Position numbers and translations under genes: made by a program. Shown in pieces: positions 13,054 to 25,288 of a DNA stretch of 64,000 bases. Source of the DNA: Thraustochytrium aureum (taxonomy: Eukaryota). The notes beneath the pieces are model-generated. The model ran no database searches and was not told the origin of the DNA. It saw only the letters and a list, made by a program, of their open reading frames with translations. The stretch spans positions 41,514 to 105,513 of the forward strand of contig BLSG01000157.1 of NCBI GenBank assembly GCA_012862495.1, given 5' to 3'. How positions within the stretch are numbered: the stretch's first letter is position 1; each line of letters opens with the position of its first letter.

Positions 13054-14306
13054 CTGGCAAAGCAGCTGCGGATGGAACGCCTGCTAGCCAGGGCAAGCGG
13101 GTGGCAGAGAAGAACGGCGCGGCTCTTAGCGAGGCCAAGCGGCCCAAGCCCGAAGCGGAGGGCACCGGCGACGCGGCGGCCAAGTCTGCACCGCTGCCCC
13201 AGCCGCCGAGCGCCCTGCCGAGCGCCCCGCCGCGGCCACGGCCGCCCCCACCAAACACCATCACGGTGAAGAGCGTGGTGGCATTTCTTCGCAGGCAAAA
13301 CGCCAATGTAGCGATAGAGCAGCCGACCGAGGTGGCCTGCATGAGCCGCATGGCCGACCTCACGTGGAAGTACGGCGACAAGTCGAAATACGGCCACTTT
13401 AGGCTGACCCCAGACATGCTGCCCGCAGACCTCAACAAGGGCTTTGAGGACTTTGATCGCACGTACGAGACCCCAACGCCGGACTCGCTGGAACACGTCC
13501 TGGCGGCCCTGAAGGCATGCGGCGGCTCTGGCATGCCACGCCGCCCAAAAGTCGTGGCCTGGCGCGGCATCCTGACCAAGTTGATGTCCACCCCATTCCT
13601 TGCGCGCGACGAGTACCAGGTCGCGATCTGGAAGCACCGGGGCGTCCTGTACTTGAGCAACCGCGAAACGGAGGAAAAGATCGAGGCGGACAAGGCCATC
13701 ACGAGCAAGCTCAAGCGCTTCATGTACTTTGGCTACAAGTTTGAGGAGGTCTGCACACGGCCCTCTGGCGCTGCTAGCGAAGAGCGCCGCGTGGACCCGC
13801 GCGAGTGCTATTGCCGAGTCTTCAAGACAAAGATCGGGGCCACGACAGTCGTAGCGGCTGCGGAAATGGACTGCTTTGACCCAGAGCGCAAGGCGGACGT
13901 CGAGCTCAAGGTGAGCCGAGTGATTGAGAACGCCAAGCAGACGCGCACGTTCGAGCGGTACAAGCTCCTCAAGTTTTACTGCCAGTCGTTCCTTGCCGGC
14001 GTGCCGCTCATCGTGGTTGGCTTTCGCGACGACGCGGGTGTGGTGCGGACCACCAAGACGATCGAAACGCTCAAGATCCCGCGAGGATTGCGGGGCCGCG
14101 AGGCCGAGCTGTGGGACGCCCGCGTCTGCCTGCAGTTTCTCGACTATGCGCTTCTTTGGCTCGATGCGTTGGTCCCGGACTGTGCGGGCGAGGATGTCAA
14201 TGCATCCCAAGTGTACCTGCTGCGTAGCGACGGGAGCGGGACGCTGACTGTCCAGCCTGCTTCTAGAACCGACGCGGAAAGGATCGAGCAGAGTTTGTAC
14301 ATTTGA
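13054..14306 (+). CDS. DXO: DXO/Rai1/Dom3Z decapping exoribonuclease; 5' end in gap
   Basis: Family motifs WRGILTKLMSTPF, YFGYKFE, AEMDC, VELK and KLLKFYCQSFLAGVPLIVVGFRDD. Confidence 0.93.
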
Positions 14307-14707
14307 GGTGATCGTTGGACCCCTTAGCCCTGCACAGGCGCCGTACCATCTGAGACGAATTTCTAGCTACTAGAGAGCAAAGGCGGACGAAAACAAACGA
14401 TTGGCTTGATGCTACGCGAGTACCAGGGGTCGCGCTCGCTCGATTGTATTAAAGCCAGCTGGGGTGCGGCCAAAAGCCGTCGTCTCCTTGCAAAAAAATG
14501 GCGGAAAGAATGGCAGCATCTTCGCAAGGCTTGGCTGTGCTACAGCGCTGCCAAGCGCAGCGCGCGCGCGGCGCGGCGCCAGATGGGGTTCGGGGTGACC
14601 TAGCTGCTCCCATGGAAGCGACACCAACGAGCAAAGGCGGCCGGCGGTCGCCGACCGGCGCGTCTCGCCGCAGTCGTCCGCCACGGCATGCAGCCTGGTC
14701 AACACCG

Positions 14708-16122
14708 TCAAGCGAGGCCCAGGAGATCCGTCACGTAGGCGGTCTTGCCCGTGGACTCGGAGCTCCACGGCGTGCGCCAGAGCCCCCCGTGGACGCCAAG
14801 CGAAGCAAAGATTTCCATCGGGTTCCGGAGCACGACATCTGGGTTGGCCCAAGACTCGGTCGAGCACATGTCAAACAGAACCAAGAGAGCCATAACTGCG
14901 CTGGCTGTCTCGGGCTCGTACGGATTCAGAGGGGGGAAGGCTTTCATCCCTCGCACCGCGCGGGCGACTGCAGGGACGTGCATCACCGACTCGGTCTTGC
15001 AGACCGGGGCCATGTTGACGCTGACGCGGACATGGTCGCGCTCGCGCGCAACCATGGCGCGCCAGTTCTGCAGCGTCTTGGCCAGCATATAGTTGGGCCC
15101 CTGCACGTTGGAGATGCCGTCGTACATGAAAANNNNNNNNNNNNNNNNNNNNNNNNNNNNNNNNNNNNNNNNNNNNNNNNNNNNNNNNNNNNNNNNNNNN
15201 NNNNNNNNNNNNNNNNNNNNNNNNNNNNNNNNNNNNNNNNNNNNNNNNNNNNNNNNNNNNNNNNNNNNNNNNNNNNNNNNNNNNNNNNNNNNNNNNNNNN
15301 NNNNNNNNNNNNNNNNNNNNNNNNNNNNNNNNNNNNNNNNNNNNNNNNNNNNNNNNNNNNNNNNNNNNNNNNNNNNNNNNNNNNNNNNNNNNNNNNNNNN
15401 NNNNNNNNNNNNNNNNNNNNNNNNNNNNNNNNNNNNNNNNNNNNNNNNNNNNNNNNNNNNNNNNNNNNNNNNNNNNNNNNNNNNNNNNNNNNNNNNNNNN
15501 NNNNNNNNNNNNNNNNNNNNNNNNNNNNNNNNNNNNNNNNNNNNNNNNNNNNNNNNNNNNNNNNNNNNNNNNNNNNNNNNNNNNNNNNNNNNNNNNNNNN
15601 NNNNNNNNNNNNNNNNNNNNNNNNNNNNNGGTTGGCAACAATGGCCCTGTACGCCTCGACGACGTCCGCCTCCACCTCGCCGGCGGCCGCCTTGCCTTCG
15701 ATCCAGGCGACCAGCTCGCCGCTGCGGTACGTCTTGTCGCCCTCGGGGACCGAGATGGCGGCGTCCACGTCGCACTCGACCCCGCTCGCGCTCTCAACGA
15801 CCCCGGTTCGCGGGATGCTCTTAAACTCCTCCATGGCGCGCTCCACCTTCATGCACTGCTCGCCGCGCACAAAGTCAAAGGTCGAGTGCACGGCTTTCAG
15901 GCCCGCTTCGGCGGCCTGGAGCGTCAGCTCCGGCGTGCGGATGCTCTTCATTGTCAGAGGCACCAAGTGCGCAGCATACTTTTGCCGCCATTTCTTCTCG
16001 CCCTGGAGCGCCTTGACCGCTTGCTCGTCCACCAGGTTGAACGCCGCAGCCCAGACCTCCTTGGCCGGCCCGGTCGTCGACCTCTTGCCCTCTTCGTCCA
16101 CCGGAAACTGCACGCCCGACAT
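14708..16122 (-). CDS. Conserved hypothetical protein resembling an uncharacterised, mainly actinobacterial family; middle in gap
   Basis: N-terminus GVQFP..GKRSTT..WRQKY. C-terminus QGPNYMLAKTLQNWRA, VSVNMAP..KTESV and HGGLWR, motifs I recall from bacterial hypothetical proteins. GC3-rich codons. Confidence 0.7.
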
Positions 16123-16970
16123 GATGCTCTGCTCGCTCCTCCGCCGTCGCCCCGGGCCTGCCGCTCTCGTTTCGTGTCTGCCGCGACCTCCGGTGGACTG
16201 TCGTCCTCGCCGAGCGAGGTCCGAGGTGGACAAGCGAGCAAACTGTGTCGAGAGGCTCGCTCGGTGAATGCAGTGCGCTCAGCAGTGACGGGGCACCGAC
16301 GCCGAGTGCAAGCGCGAAACGGGCGCTGTCGGTCGGCCTGTCGCTCAGGAATCGCGCCGAGTGTCGGTCTCGCGTCGCTCAGCACAGACGCAGACGGCTG
16401 CCGTCTCAATGACGGAGAACACACCTCAGGTTACTCCTGTTTGATCGATTCGCGACTGGAGAACTCTGAACTGTTCTTTTACTTCTGAAGAACTGTTCTC
16501 TCAAATTCTGGTCGGTGATTGCAAGGTGATTGCATGATTTCATGAACAAAAGAATTGATTGATTTCTTTCGATTGAACAGTGGACACTCGCTCCACGTAG
16601 AGTAGGTAGTATGTTGGAGCGAGCAGCACGCCTTGCCTGCGCAATCGCTTGCTCGCGCCGAGCTTGTTGTGCTGATGGATGCCGAAGCGCTCGCTCGCCC
16701 TCCTGCGCTCGTGCCTCCGAGGGAACAACAACGCTTCCTGCGTAAATGTTACCGTTATGACCGCTGGGAACACCGGCGAGGCAGGCCGGCAGGCAGGCAG
16801 GTTGGCAGGCGCGCAGTCCGTGGACGCGCTGGGCGGGGATCGCTGGCCTCGCGCGGCGCAGGATAAGGCACAGGCTAGGCGTGCGCAAGAGGCGTGCGTG
16901 GGTGACGAATCGGGCAGGTCGGGACCGGCCTGGACGGCCTGGACCAGAACGCGAGACTGGCGCCCCAAAA

Positions 16971-19424
16971 ATGGTGTCTCGGCGGGTGATGAAAGACAAC
17001 CTCAAAGACTCGCTCAAGCTGAACAAGGAGAGGATGGCTCGGCTGCAAGAGCAGCACAGCGAGGCCGATGGCGAAGAAGGGAAGAAGGACTGCGCGCGAG
17101 AGGGCCTCGGGAGCGGCGAGAGCAAGTACGAGGAGTCGTTTCCGCTCAGGAGCCACAGAGCCAGACGCAGCAGCACCGACGGCGCTCGGAGCCGCACACG
17201 ACCGCCGAGCCCGCCAAGCGCGGACGAGAACAGACGCAGGCACAACGGGGGCTCGGCGCTGCAGGAAGCCACCGCGGCGGAGCCCAAACAGGCAAGGGCT
17301 GCCCAGCTCCTCAACTACTTGAACAGCGTGCACGACTCNNNNNNNNNNNNNNNNNNNNNNNNNNNNNNNNNNNNNNNNNNNNNNNNNNNNNNNNNNNNNN
17401 NNNNNNNNNNNNNNNNNNNNNNNNNNNNNNNNNNNNNNNNNNNNNNNNNNNNNNNNNNNNNNNNNNNNNNNNNNNNNNNNNNNNNNNNNNNCGCGCAGCG
17501 AGCGCGACAGCGTCGTGGAGAACACCAACGCTAGCGCCGCTGTATTCTCTCGGCGAAAAAAGTACGACTGGGAAAACGACCCTGACGACGGCGAGGGCTC
17601 GACCGACGGCGGCGAGGACGAAATTGGCTCTGCTTTCGGACAGGTGGGCGACGAGACGGCGCACGGGGACTGCGCAGTGCCCGGCGAGTCGCCACTTGGC
17701 CTGGCCGGCACGGGACTCGGCTCGGCTCGCTCTTCTGCCGCAGGCTCAATGGGCAGCAGCAAGCGGCAAAGCCGTTTGGGTTTCGCTGGCAGCGGCGTCG
17801 GGTCGGTTCACACAGGGAGCGTGAGCGGGCTGAGCGCCTCCTCCTCTCGGTCGCGAATGATGTCGCTTAAACTCGAACTCGAGGAGAAGAGCAAAACGGT
17901 CGAAGCCCTCAAGCGAGCCCTTGACAAGGTGAGAGCGGAGAGGGGCTCGGTGGCCAGCGCGGCGCAGAGCGAGGGGCAGCGCGCCCTTGAGCAGCAGCGA
18001 AGCGAGCACGAGAAGGCAGTGGCGCGGCACCTCGCGTTCATCGACAAGCTCCTCGCTGACAAAAAGCAGCTGGCGGGCAAGGTGGAGGAGCTTTCGACCC
18101 GGATGAAGCGGTCTGAGGAGTCCATGACGCGCAAGGTCCGCGAGCTCGAAGAGAAGCACGCGCGGGATGTCGCCCAGGTTCGCGACGCGCTGGCGGCCGC
18201 AGATGCCGCCAAGCGGCAAAAGTGGCAAAAAGAAAAGTCTCGCGAGCTCAAAGAACTCACGATCAAGGGCCTCGAGCCGGAGGTGCAGGGCATCCTCGCC
18301 AAGCACAAAGAAGACCTCCGCGTCATCGAGGACCGGTTCCGCGACGAGGCTCGCGCGATGCGCGCCGAGCACGACCGCGAGGTGGCGCGGCTCACGCAGG
18401 AGCTGCGCGCCAGGCACGAGATCGACCTGACGAGGTGCGCAGCAAGGAGCGCACCATTGTGAGCGCCAAGCTAAGCCAGCAGGAGGCACGGCATCGCGAA
18501 GAGCTGCAGGCGCAGCGCGCGCGGTCCGAGGCCGAGTTCGAGGCGCTGCGCAAGCGCCACGAACAAGAGCTGTGCTCGGCGCAGGCGCAGCTGGAGGCAC
18601 GTGTGTCCGCGACAGCGAGGTCCAAGGAGAGCGAGCTGCTCGACCAAAAGCGGCGCCTCGAAGCGCAGCTCGAAACGCTCGAGCAAAAGTGGGCAATCGA
18701 GAAGGAGCAGTGGCAAGCCAAGGTGCTCCGCAAGCTCGAAGACCGCGCCCAGGAGGAGGAAAAGCGCTTCAAGGACAAGCTCACCGTGGCGCGCGACAAG
18801 CAGATCGACGCCGTCATCTCCAAGCTTTACGCCGAGCAGGAGGTCAAGTCGACGGAAGCGGAGCGCCGGCACGAAGCTGCGCTTGCAGACGCCGAGCGGC
18901 GCCACCAAGCGGCGCTCGCGGAGGTCGAGGCGCGCGCGCTGCAAGCCGAGCAAAAGTACGCGCGGCTGCGCGAGGCGCACCGAAGCGAGCAAAAGACCTT
19001 TTCCCTGCAGAGCAGCGCGTCCGCGACCTGGAAAACTGGCCGAGAAGCGCGAGGCCCGCATCGTGGAGCTCAGCAAGAAGGTTGCATCGATCAACGACAT
19101 GCTCGCCGACAAGGAGCAGCAAGTCCGCAACGAGCTCGCCGACCGCGCAACGGAGCACGTGCGCGAATCCGCGGCGCTGCAAGAGCAAATCGCGGCCCTG
19201 CGCAAGGAGGTTGCGGCCGCCAACGCCCGAAAAAGCACGAGATATCCGACCTTCGCGCTGCCTTTGAGGAGGAGACGGACGAGATCCATCGCCGCGTCCG
19301 CGTCACGATCTCGCGCAAGGACGAGACAATCACTGCGCTTCGCGCGCAGCTCGAAGACCTGCAGGAGAAGTTTGACACGTACAAGGAGGTCTTGGACCGC
19401 GAGCGCCAGGCTTTTATTGGTTGA
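16971..19424 (+). CDS. CEP131: Centrosomal protein CEP131/AZI1, interrupted by a gap and several homopolymer frameshifts
   Basis: Signature segments RHLAFIDKLLADKKQL, KELTIKGLEPEVQGILAKHKEDL and EIHRRVRVTISRKDETI; long coiled coil. Confidence 0.9.
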
Positions 19425-19847
19425 GCCTGGGTTGAGCGATCGATCTCCAACTGGAGCGGGCCCCGTTTCTCCTCGCCGAGCAGGATGACGATGGTGTCGG
19501 AGCCACTTGTTGCCCCAGAAACTGGAGGCGCGTGATTTCCGCCGCCAGTGCACCCAGCGGGCGTGTATGAAGGGGGGTTACTACCTACTCTGTGTACTCA
19601 ACGCTGTCTCTCACGTCACGTGAGGAATCGCGCGACAAAGTCGCTCCCGACGAGAGAGGAGGGGCAAGTAGTACTCTACCTCCTAGTACTCAAACTCAAC
19701 CCGGTGGGAGTGAGGCCTCCTGCTCCGACAGCAGAAGAATCCTTTTCGGGCGCGCCGATCTTGTATTGTTTTGCTCTCGTTGCGGTTGTTTCCCTGTCTC
19801 AGCAGACTCGGCATGTGCAACTTCTGCACTGTCGCCGTTGCGCAGCC

Positions 19848-19866
19848 AATGAATGAATGAATGAAT
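19848..19866. repeat. (AATG)n microsatellite
   Basis: Short tandem AATG run, read directly. Confidence 0.75.
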
Positions 19867-20695
19867 GGGAGAGCTGATGAAGGAATGAAGGAGTGAATGC
19901 TGGTGTGCGCGTTGCACAAGAAAAAGATGACAAGCGGGAGTCTTGTCAGCTTTCTTTGGTTCATGCAAGGGGGATCCTCTTGGGTTCATGGTTTGTTTGG
20001 GCAAGCTGAGCGGGCTCTGCCAGTGGGAAATCTAGCGCGACTCTACCTACCTCTACCTTCCTTTCTTGGATTGCTTCTCATCAGTGCGCAGGCGAGAGCA
20101 CAAAACTGTACTCTGTGCACCCCGTGATGAATGAAGTAAGTAGGTAGAGTACTCTAAGGCCCCGGCGAAAGAGGGTCGTGCTGGTTCAGCTGACGCGCTC
20201 CTCCGGCTCGCTGACCTCCATCATAGATGATGATCATCATCACGCCTCTCTTTCTTGACGACTCCACTAGTAATCTCACAAACCACGGTCAAGGCGGGTC
20301 AGATTGGCGGTGGTGGCCGCGGCCCGTGGGGGGGAAACACGGCTGGCACAACTCTCACCGAGGAGGGAGGACCTTGATTTCGCCAAGGCCGCTGTGCTTG
20401 CGTGCTTGGTTGCGCTCTTGCTCTCCGGGCGAGCGTGTGACCAGTTGCGACGGATGACTCTCACAGCAATCACAGTGCCACATCTCACGAGTGTATCAGC
20501 ATCATCACCATCACGCGACGGGTGAGACGTGACAAGAGAGTCCGGTCCGCCAACAACTCGCCCGGTCAGATCCCCAAGCGAGCCAGCTCGAGCAAGGGCC
20601 AGAGGCAGGCAAGGCACAGCAGCGTCGCCTCGGCCAGCTCGCGCTGCCTGAGGGCCTCTCCGGCTCGCAGCAGGCGCTCGCGTGACGAGGCGGCC

Positions 20696-22222
20696 ATGGC
20701 TTCGCAAGGGGGCGAGGTCGACCCACGTTGCCCGACAGAGGAGAATGCGCTGTTTGACGAATGGGTGCGGAGTCTCGGGCTGGGGATCTTCGTGTTCGCG
20801 TACGTGTACATTCCCCTGACGTTGCTTTGGTGGTGGACTCGGCGGAAACACGACATGCTCCAAAAGCGGAACTTAACCTCGTGGCAATCAGCTCGCTCGG
20901 CGTGCTCCTCAACGCGTTCGCGGCGGGCTGGGTTGACTGGAAGGGGCAAGGGCACCTGCCGTGCGAAGCCCACGCTTTCACTGTTTTCCTGGTTGTGCCG
21001 CTCGGCGCAGGGCCCGTCGTGGTCCGTCTGATGCTCTTTTACAACAAGCACAGGTACTCCAACTTGATTCTGGAGGAGAACCGGCGCAACAAGCCCATGC
21101 AGCTTGGCCGGTTCCAGCGCAATGGCATCTTCACACAGCTCCACGCTCTGGCTGCGCTCGCGTTTGGGTTGGCCCGCACAAGCCCAAGCCCACGGCGCTC
21201 TGGCCAAGTGGCGAGCGACAAGGGGAGCGACGAGGGCGTGGTCGCGGCGCCCAGCGGGGCGGCGTCCGTGGGCGAGCAGAGCAGCGACGCGCCGAGCGAG
21301 CGCAAGCTGTTTGCGCTCCACTACATGAGCCAGGGGTTCTCGTACTCGTTCGGCGTGCTGCTCTTCTTCTTCTGCTCGGCATCGTGACCATCATCATCCA
21401 GTTCGCGCCCGCCGACTCGCCGTACCTCCGCGGGTGCTACGGGTGCTACTTGGAGAAGGGCGACATCATCTACATGAGCGCCACGCTGCTCATTGTTGCC
21501 ATCTTGAGCGTCGTCTTCCTCTGCAAGCTGCGCGGCGTGGACGACCCCCTCGGGATCAAGTTCGAGTTGCAGGTCTGCCTCGCCATCGGCTTGCTAATCA
21601 TCCTCGGAACCGTGGCGGCCGCCTTAGACCCCGGCTCGCTCATCAAAGACCGCAAGTTCGACTGGTTTTTCGTGATCACCTTCGGGCTGTTCTTCTTCCA
21701 CACAGCGCAGTGCACTTGGCCGGTGCTCCGAACTTACTCGTTTGGCAAGCGTCGCTCCCAGGGCTCCGAGCTCGAGCTTGTGGACGTGCTGGCCAACAAC
21801 AAGCTGCGTCTGGTCTTTGCAGAATACCTGGCTACTGAGTTTAGCGTGGAAAACCTCTGGTTCTACGACTCGATCCTCCAGTACCACGTGCACTACGACA
21901 CGCTCGCGCAAGCCAAACTTCGGCAGCTCGCCAACGAGCTCTACACGAGCTTCATTGAGGAAGCATCGCTCTTAGAATCAACCTCAGCTCCGCGCAACGG
22001 CGCAGGATTCGCGACGGCCTAGCCGCTTCCATGTCTGGCTCGGACTTGCCGCCCCGCAACCTCTTTGATGAGGCCAGGGACGTCGTTTTCCAGCTCATGC
22101 TTCAAGACTCGTTTCCTCGCTTCATAAGCAGCCACTTCATGGACGAGGTCACGATTGACGAGGAGGAGAGCCCCAACTCTGTCATTTCCTCCAGCTTCTC
22201 CGGCCTGTCCGCGCAAGAGTAG
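20696..22222 (+). CDS. Multi-pass (about 7TM) membrane protein with a C-terminal RGS domain; frameshifts near 20865, 21370 and 21980
   Basis: Successive hydrophobic helices spread over three frames. RGS motifs follow: FAEYLATEFSVENLWFY, ANELYTSFI and LFDEARDVVFQLMLQDSFPRFISS. Confidence 0.85.
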
Positions 22223-22775
22223 GTCGTTTTTTTGATTGAGCCCAAATTGCGAATGGACTTTTGTTTCAGCTCTTGCGCTTCCCGCCGCATGATTTTCTTT
22301 GCGCATTGTTGTTCTTCTTCAAGTTGATTGATCAATCCCAGAAACGAGGTCGATCGTTGTCTTGTTCGTGGATTCGTGGCAAAGCTGAACAAACGCAGGC
22401 AGAGTAGTGCGCGACTCGCCCCTGCCAGGATTCCCATCCGCAAAAGAAAACAGGCCCAACGCAATGCACCCAACGCAATGCGGGCCTTGCAGCCTCGCTT
22501 GTCCTGCGCGGCCCGCGGCCTGCAGCCTCGTCGCTTGCCAAACAAACCGCACGCCTGCACGCGACTCGCCGCCGCGGCGAACTCGCGAGGGGGTGCCCTA
22601 ACCGAAATCAGTCAGGGTTGCAGGCGTTTGATTTTGAACACAAGCGCAGACGAGCAGCGCAGCAGACCGCGAACTGGGCTTGGCGGGGACGCGCGTGGAG
22701 CTGCCCCGCGGCGGAGAGAGGCGCAAGTGGCAAACCGCGCGGAAGCCGAGCGAGCCGACGTCGACCTGGGCCACG

Positions 22776-24468
22776 ATGCGCCAGACGAGGAAGGTAAGTG
22801 CGACGCAAGCGCTCTGGTCGGTCGACCTCGGGTTTTCCGACGCGAACCTGCCCGGCCGGCCGGCTCGCGAGCCTTGCAGCTGACATGCGCGGGCGCGGGT
22901 CGCGGTGGCGTAGCGCGCGAGTGCGCGGGAAGAAGAGGAGAGGCCGGCTGAGGGTGAGGACGACGAAGAGAACGAGCACGAGCAGCATGTCGGCCGCAAC
23001 GCAAAGCGGAGCCGGTCTACGAAGCGCGTAAGTCACTCTGCCGTCGCTGTCGTGCGAGGCCAAGCAAAGCCTGACGTTCCGTTTTCCACCCCTGCAGGTT
23101 CAAGCTTCTGCCAGCAGGATTCACCCAGGCAACATCGAGGAGGCGCTGGAGAGCGAAGAGCTGGAGAACGCGACCGTCTCGGAGGGCGGCCATGCGCTGG
23201 GCGACGGCGAAGACGACATCATAGAAGGTGGGAACCTCGAGCTGGACGCCATCGTGAAGCTCGCGCGCAAGACGATGAACGCCCCGCCGATCAACCAGGT
23301 CCCGCTGCAACAGCAACGCGATGGGTACTTGGATGAGTACGTGGCGAAGGAGATCGTGTCGCGAATGATGCGCTTCATTCTGTTCCTCAACATGAGCAGG
23401 CAAAAGTGCACGACGAAAAAGATCAAGGAGAATGTCAAGACGACCAAGGACATCAAGCTGTACGTTGTTGCTGGCATTGGCAGCCCCGCTTGCCGCGCTT
23501 TGGACGCGACTCGCGATGCGCGCTTGAAACTTGCTGCCCACTCGAAGGGAGGCGCTTGCCTCCATAGACTGGCTGACCGATGCGCTTTTGTGGAAACAGG
23601 ACGCCTCGCTCCTGGGACGCGCTCTTGGCGATCTGCGTCGAAGGGTTCAAGGATGCGTTTGGCTACGACCTCGTTTGCACGGCCCACGCGCCCCTTCTTC
23701 GCGCAGATGTGAACCCCAACAAGAAACCCCCCAAGAAGAAATCGACACCCAAAACGACCAAGGAGGGCGCCGACGCTGCTGAGACTGCTCGATCTATCAC
23801 GAGCGAGGACCATTGGATTTTGCTCAATCTCACAGAGACGGCTGCGGAGAAGCGCAAGCTGTGGAAAGACCTCGATGACAACGACCAGCGCGGCGTCCTG
23901 CTCACGGTGTTGGCGCTCATTATGATGCATGTACGTTGTTGGCAGGTTGGCAGGTCCGCGGGAGGTAACCCGATTGGCGCGGTTTTCTGACGCTGCGCGA
24001 ATATCCATCTTGCGCAAGAGAACAGGAGGGCTCGATCCAGGAGCCCAAGTTGGTGCATATTTTGGTAGAAAACATGGGCCTGCCTGCGCCGCCAGAGCGA
24101 AGCCAGGCGAAAAAGGGGGCAGCAGGCTCGCGCGAGGACTCGCTCAGCATAATCCGCAATCTGGAGCACGAGGCCTACCTCGTTCGCCGCAAAACAGTAC
24201 GTCCATCGCGCTTGCAGAATCGCCCAGCTGCTACGGTTTGCCTCTTTGCCACTTGCGCGCTAGCGCTGACGAAACATCATGGCGATCTTTGCTCCACTTG
24301 CCGCAGGACGACGTGAACGCCGAGAACGAGCCCATCTACAACGTGACATACGGCCCCAAGGCTGTGCTGGAGATCGGCCTCCCGAATGTCCTTCGCTTCA
24401 TCACCAAGGTTGGGGGGCTCCGGATCACGGACAAGGACGTCAAGGTGTACCTTGGTACCGTGGAGTAG
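22776..24468 (+). CDS. NSE3: NSE3/MAGE-family subunit of Smc5/6; exons 22776-22793, 22914-23027, 23098-23459, 23600-23930, 24026-24196, 24307-24468
   Basis: Five GT-AG introns keep the frame. MAGE-like segments: VSRMMRFILFLN, FKDAFGYDL, RGVLLTVLALIMMHEGSIQEPKL, EAYLVRRK, YGPKAVLEIGLPNVLRFITKV. Confidence 0.8.
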
Positions 24469-25288
24469 GATTTAGCCCCGTGCACGTTGCGGCCCGTTCG
24501 TTCCAACGAGCGGAATCCGCAGCGTCTGGCAGAGCAGCATGCAAAAGTCGCAAGTCCGTTTCTTTTCTCTTTCTACAATCGCTCGCTTGTCTCCAGGACC
24601 TTGAGCCGACAGGAGCGACTCGCCGAGCCGGAGCGTGCCAGGTGCGTGGNNNNNNNNNNNNNNNNNNNNNNNNNNNNNNNNNNNNNNNNNNNNNNNNNNN
24701 NNNNNNNNNNNNNNNNNNNNNNNNNNNNNNNNNNNNNNNNNNNNNNNNNNNNNNNNNNNNNNNNNNNNNNNNNNNNNNNNNNNNNNNNNNNNNNNNNNNN
24801 NNNNNNNNNNNNNNNNNNNNNNNNNNNNNNNNNNNNNNNNNNNNNNNNNNNNNNNNNNNNNNNNNNNNNNNNNNNNNNNNNNNNNNNNNNNNNNNNNNNN
24901 NNNNNNNNNGCACGCCAAGGTGTCAGCGAGCGTGGGATCCATTTGCGCCCCAGTGCATAGCCGCCAAGTCTTCCTTCGTACCAGGGCCTTGCCCAGTGCG
25001 GCAGCAAGCACCGAGCTGTTGTTGAGCCCTTGTGCCAAATTGGCGCCGCGCTTTCTACCAAGCCTGTCGCTCCTCGCGGCAAAGATACGTCAAGTGCGAG
25101 AGAGCGCCAGGTTGAGCTACGCCTCAGGAGCGCCCCGTTTTGCAGCTGCCGCCATCCGATGCATCCCCTTCCTGGCGCGCCTTTGGAACTCGAGCTTGAG
25201 GAGCAACGACCGTCCTGGCACGCCGGTGAGGCATTTTTAAAACAAAAAAGAACAAGCAACATGCTGCTGCCTCTGCAGACGTTGCGGT

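Noticed and set aside
19425..20690. Possible RNA gene or small ORF in a long intergenic region
   Set aside because: No tRNA, rRNA or snRNA signature recognised; only low-complexity AATG tracts and ORFs without coding bias.
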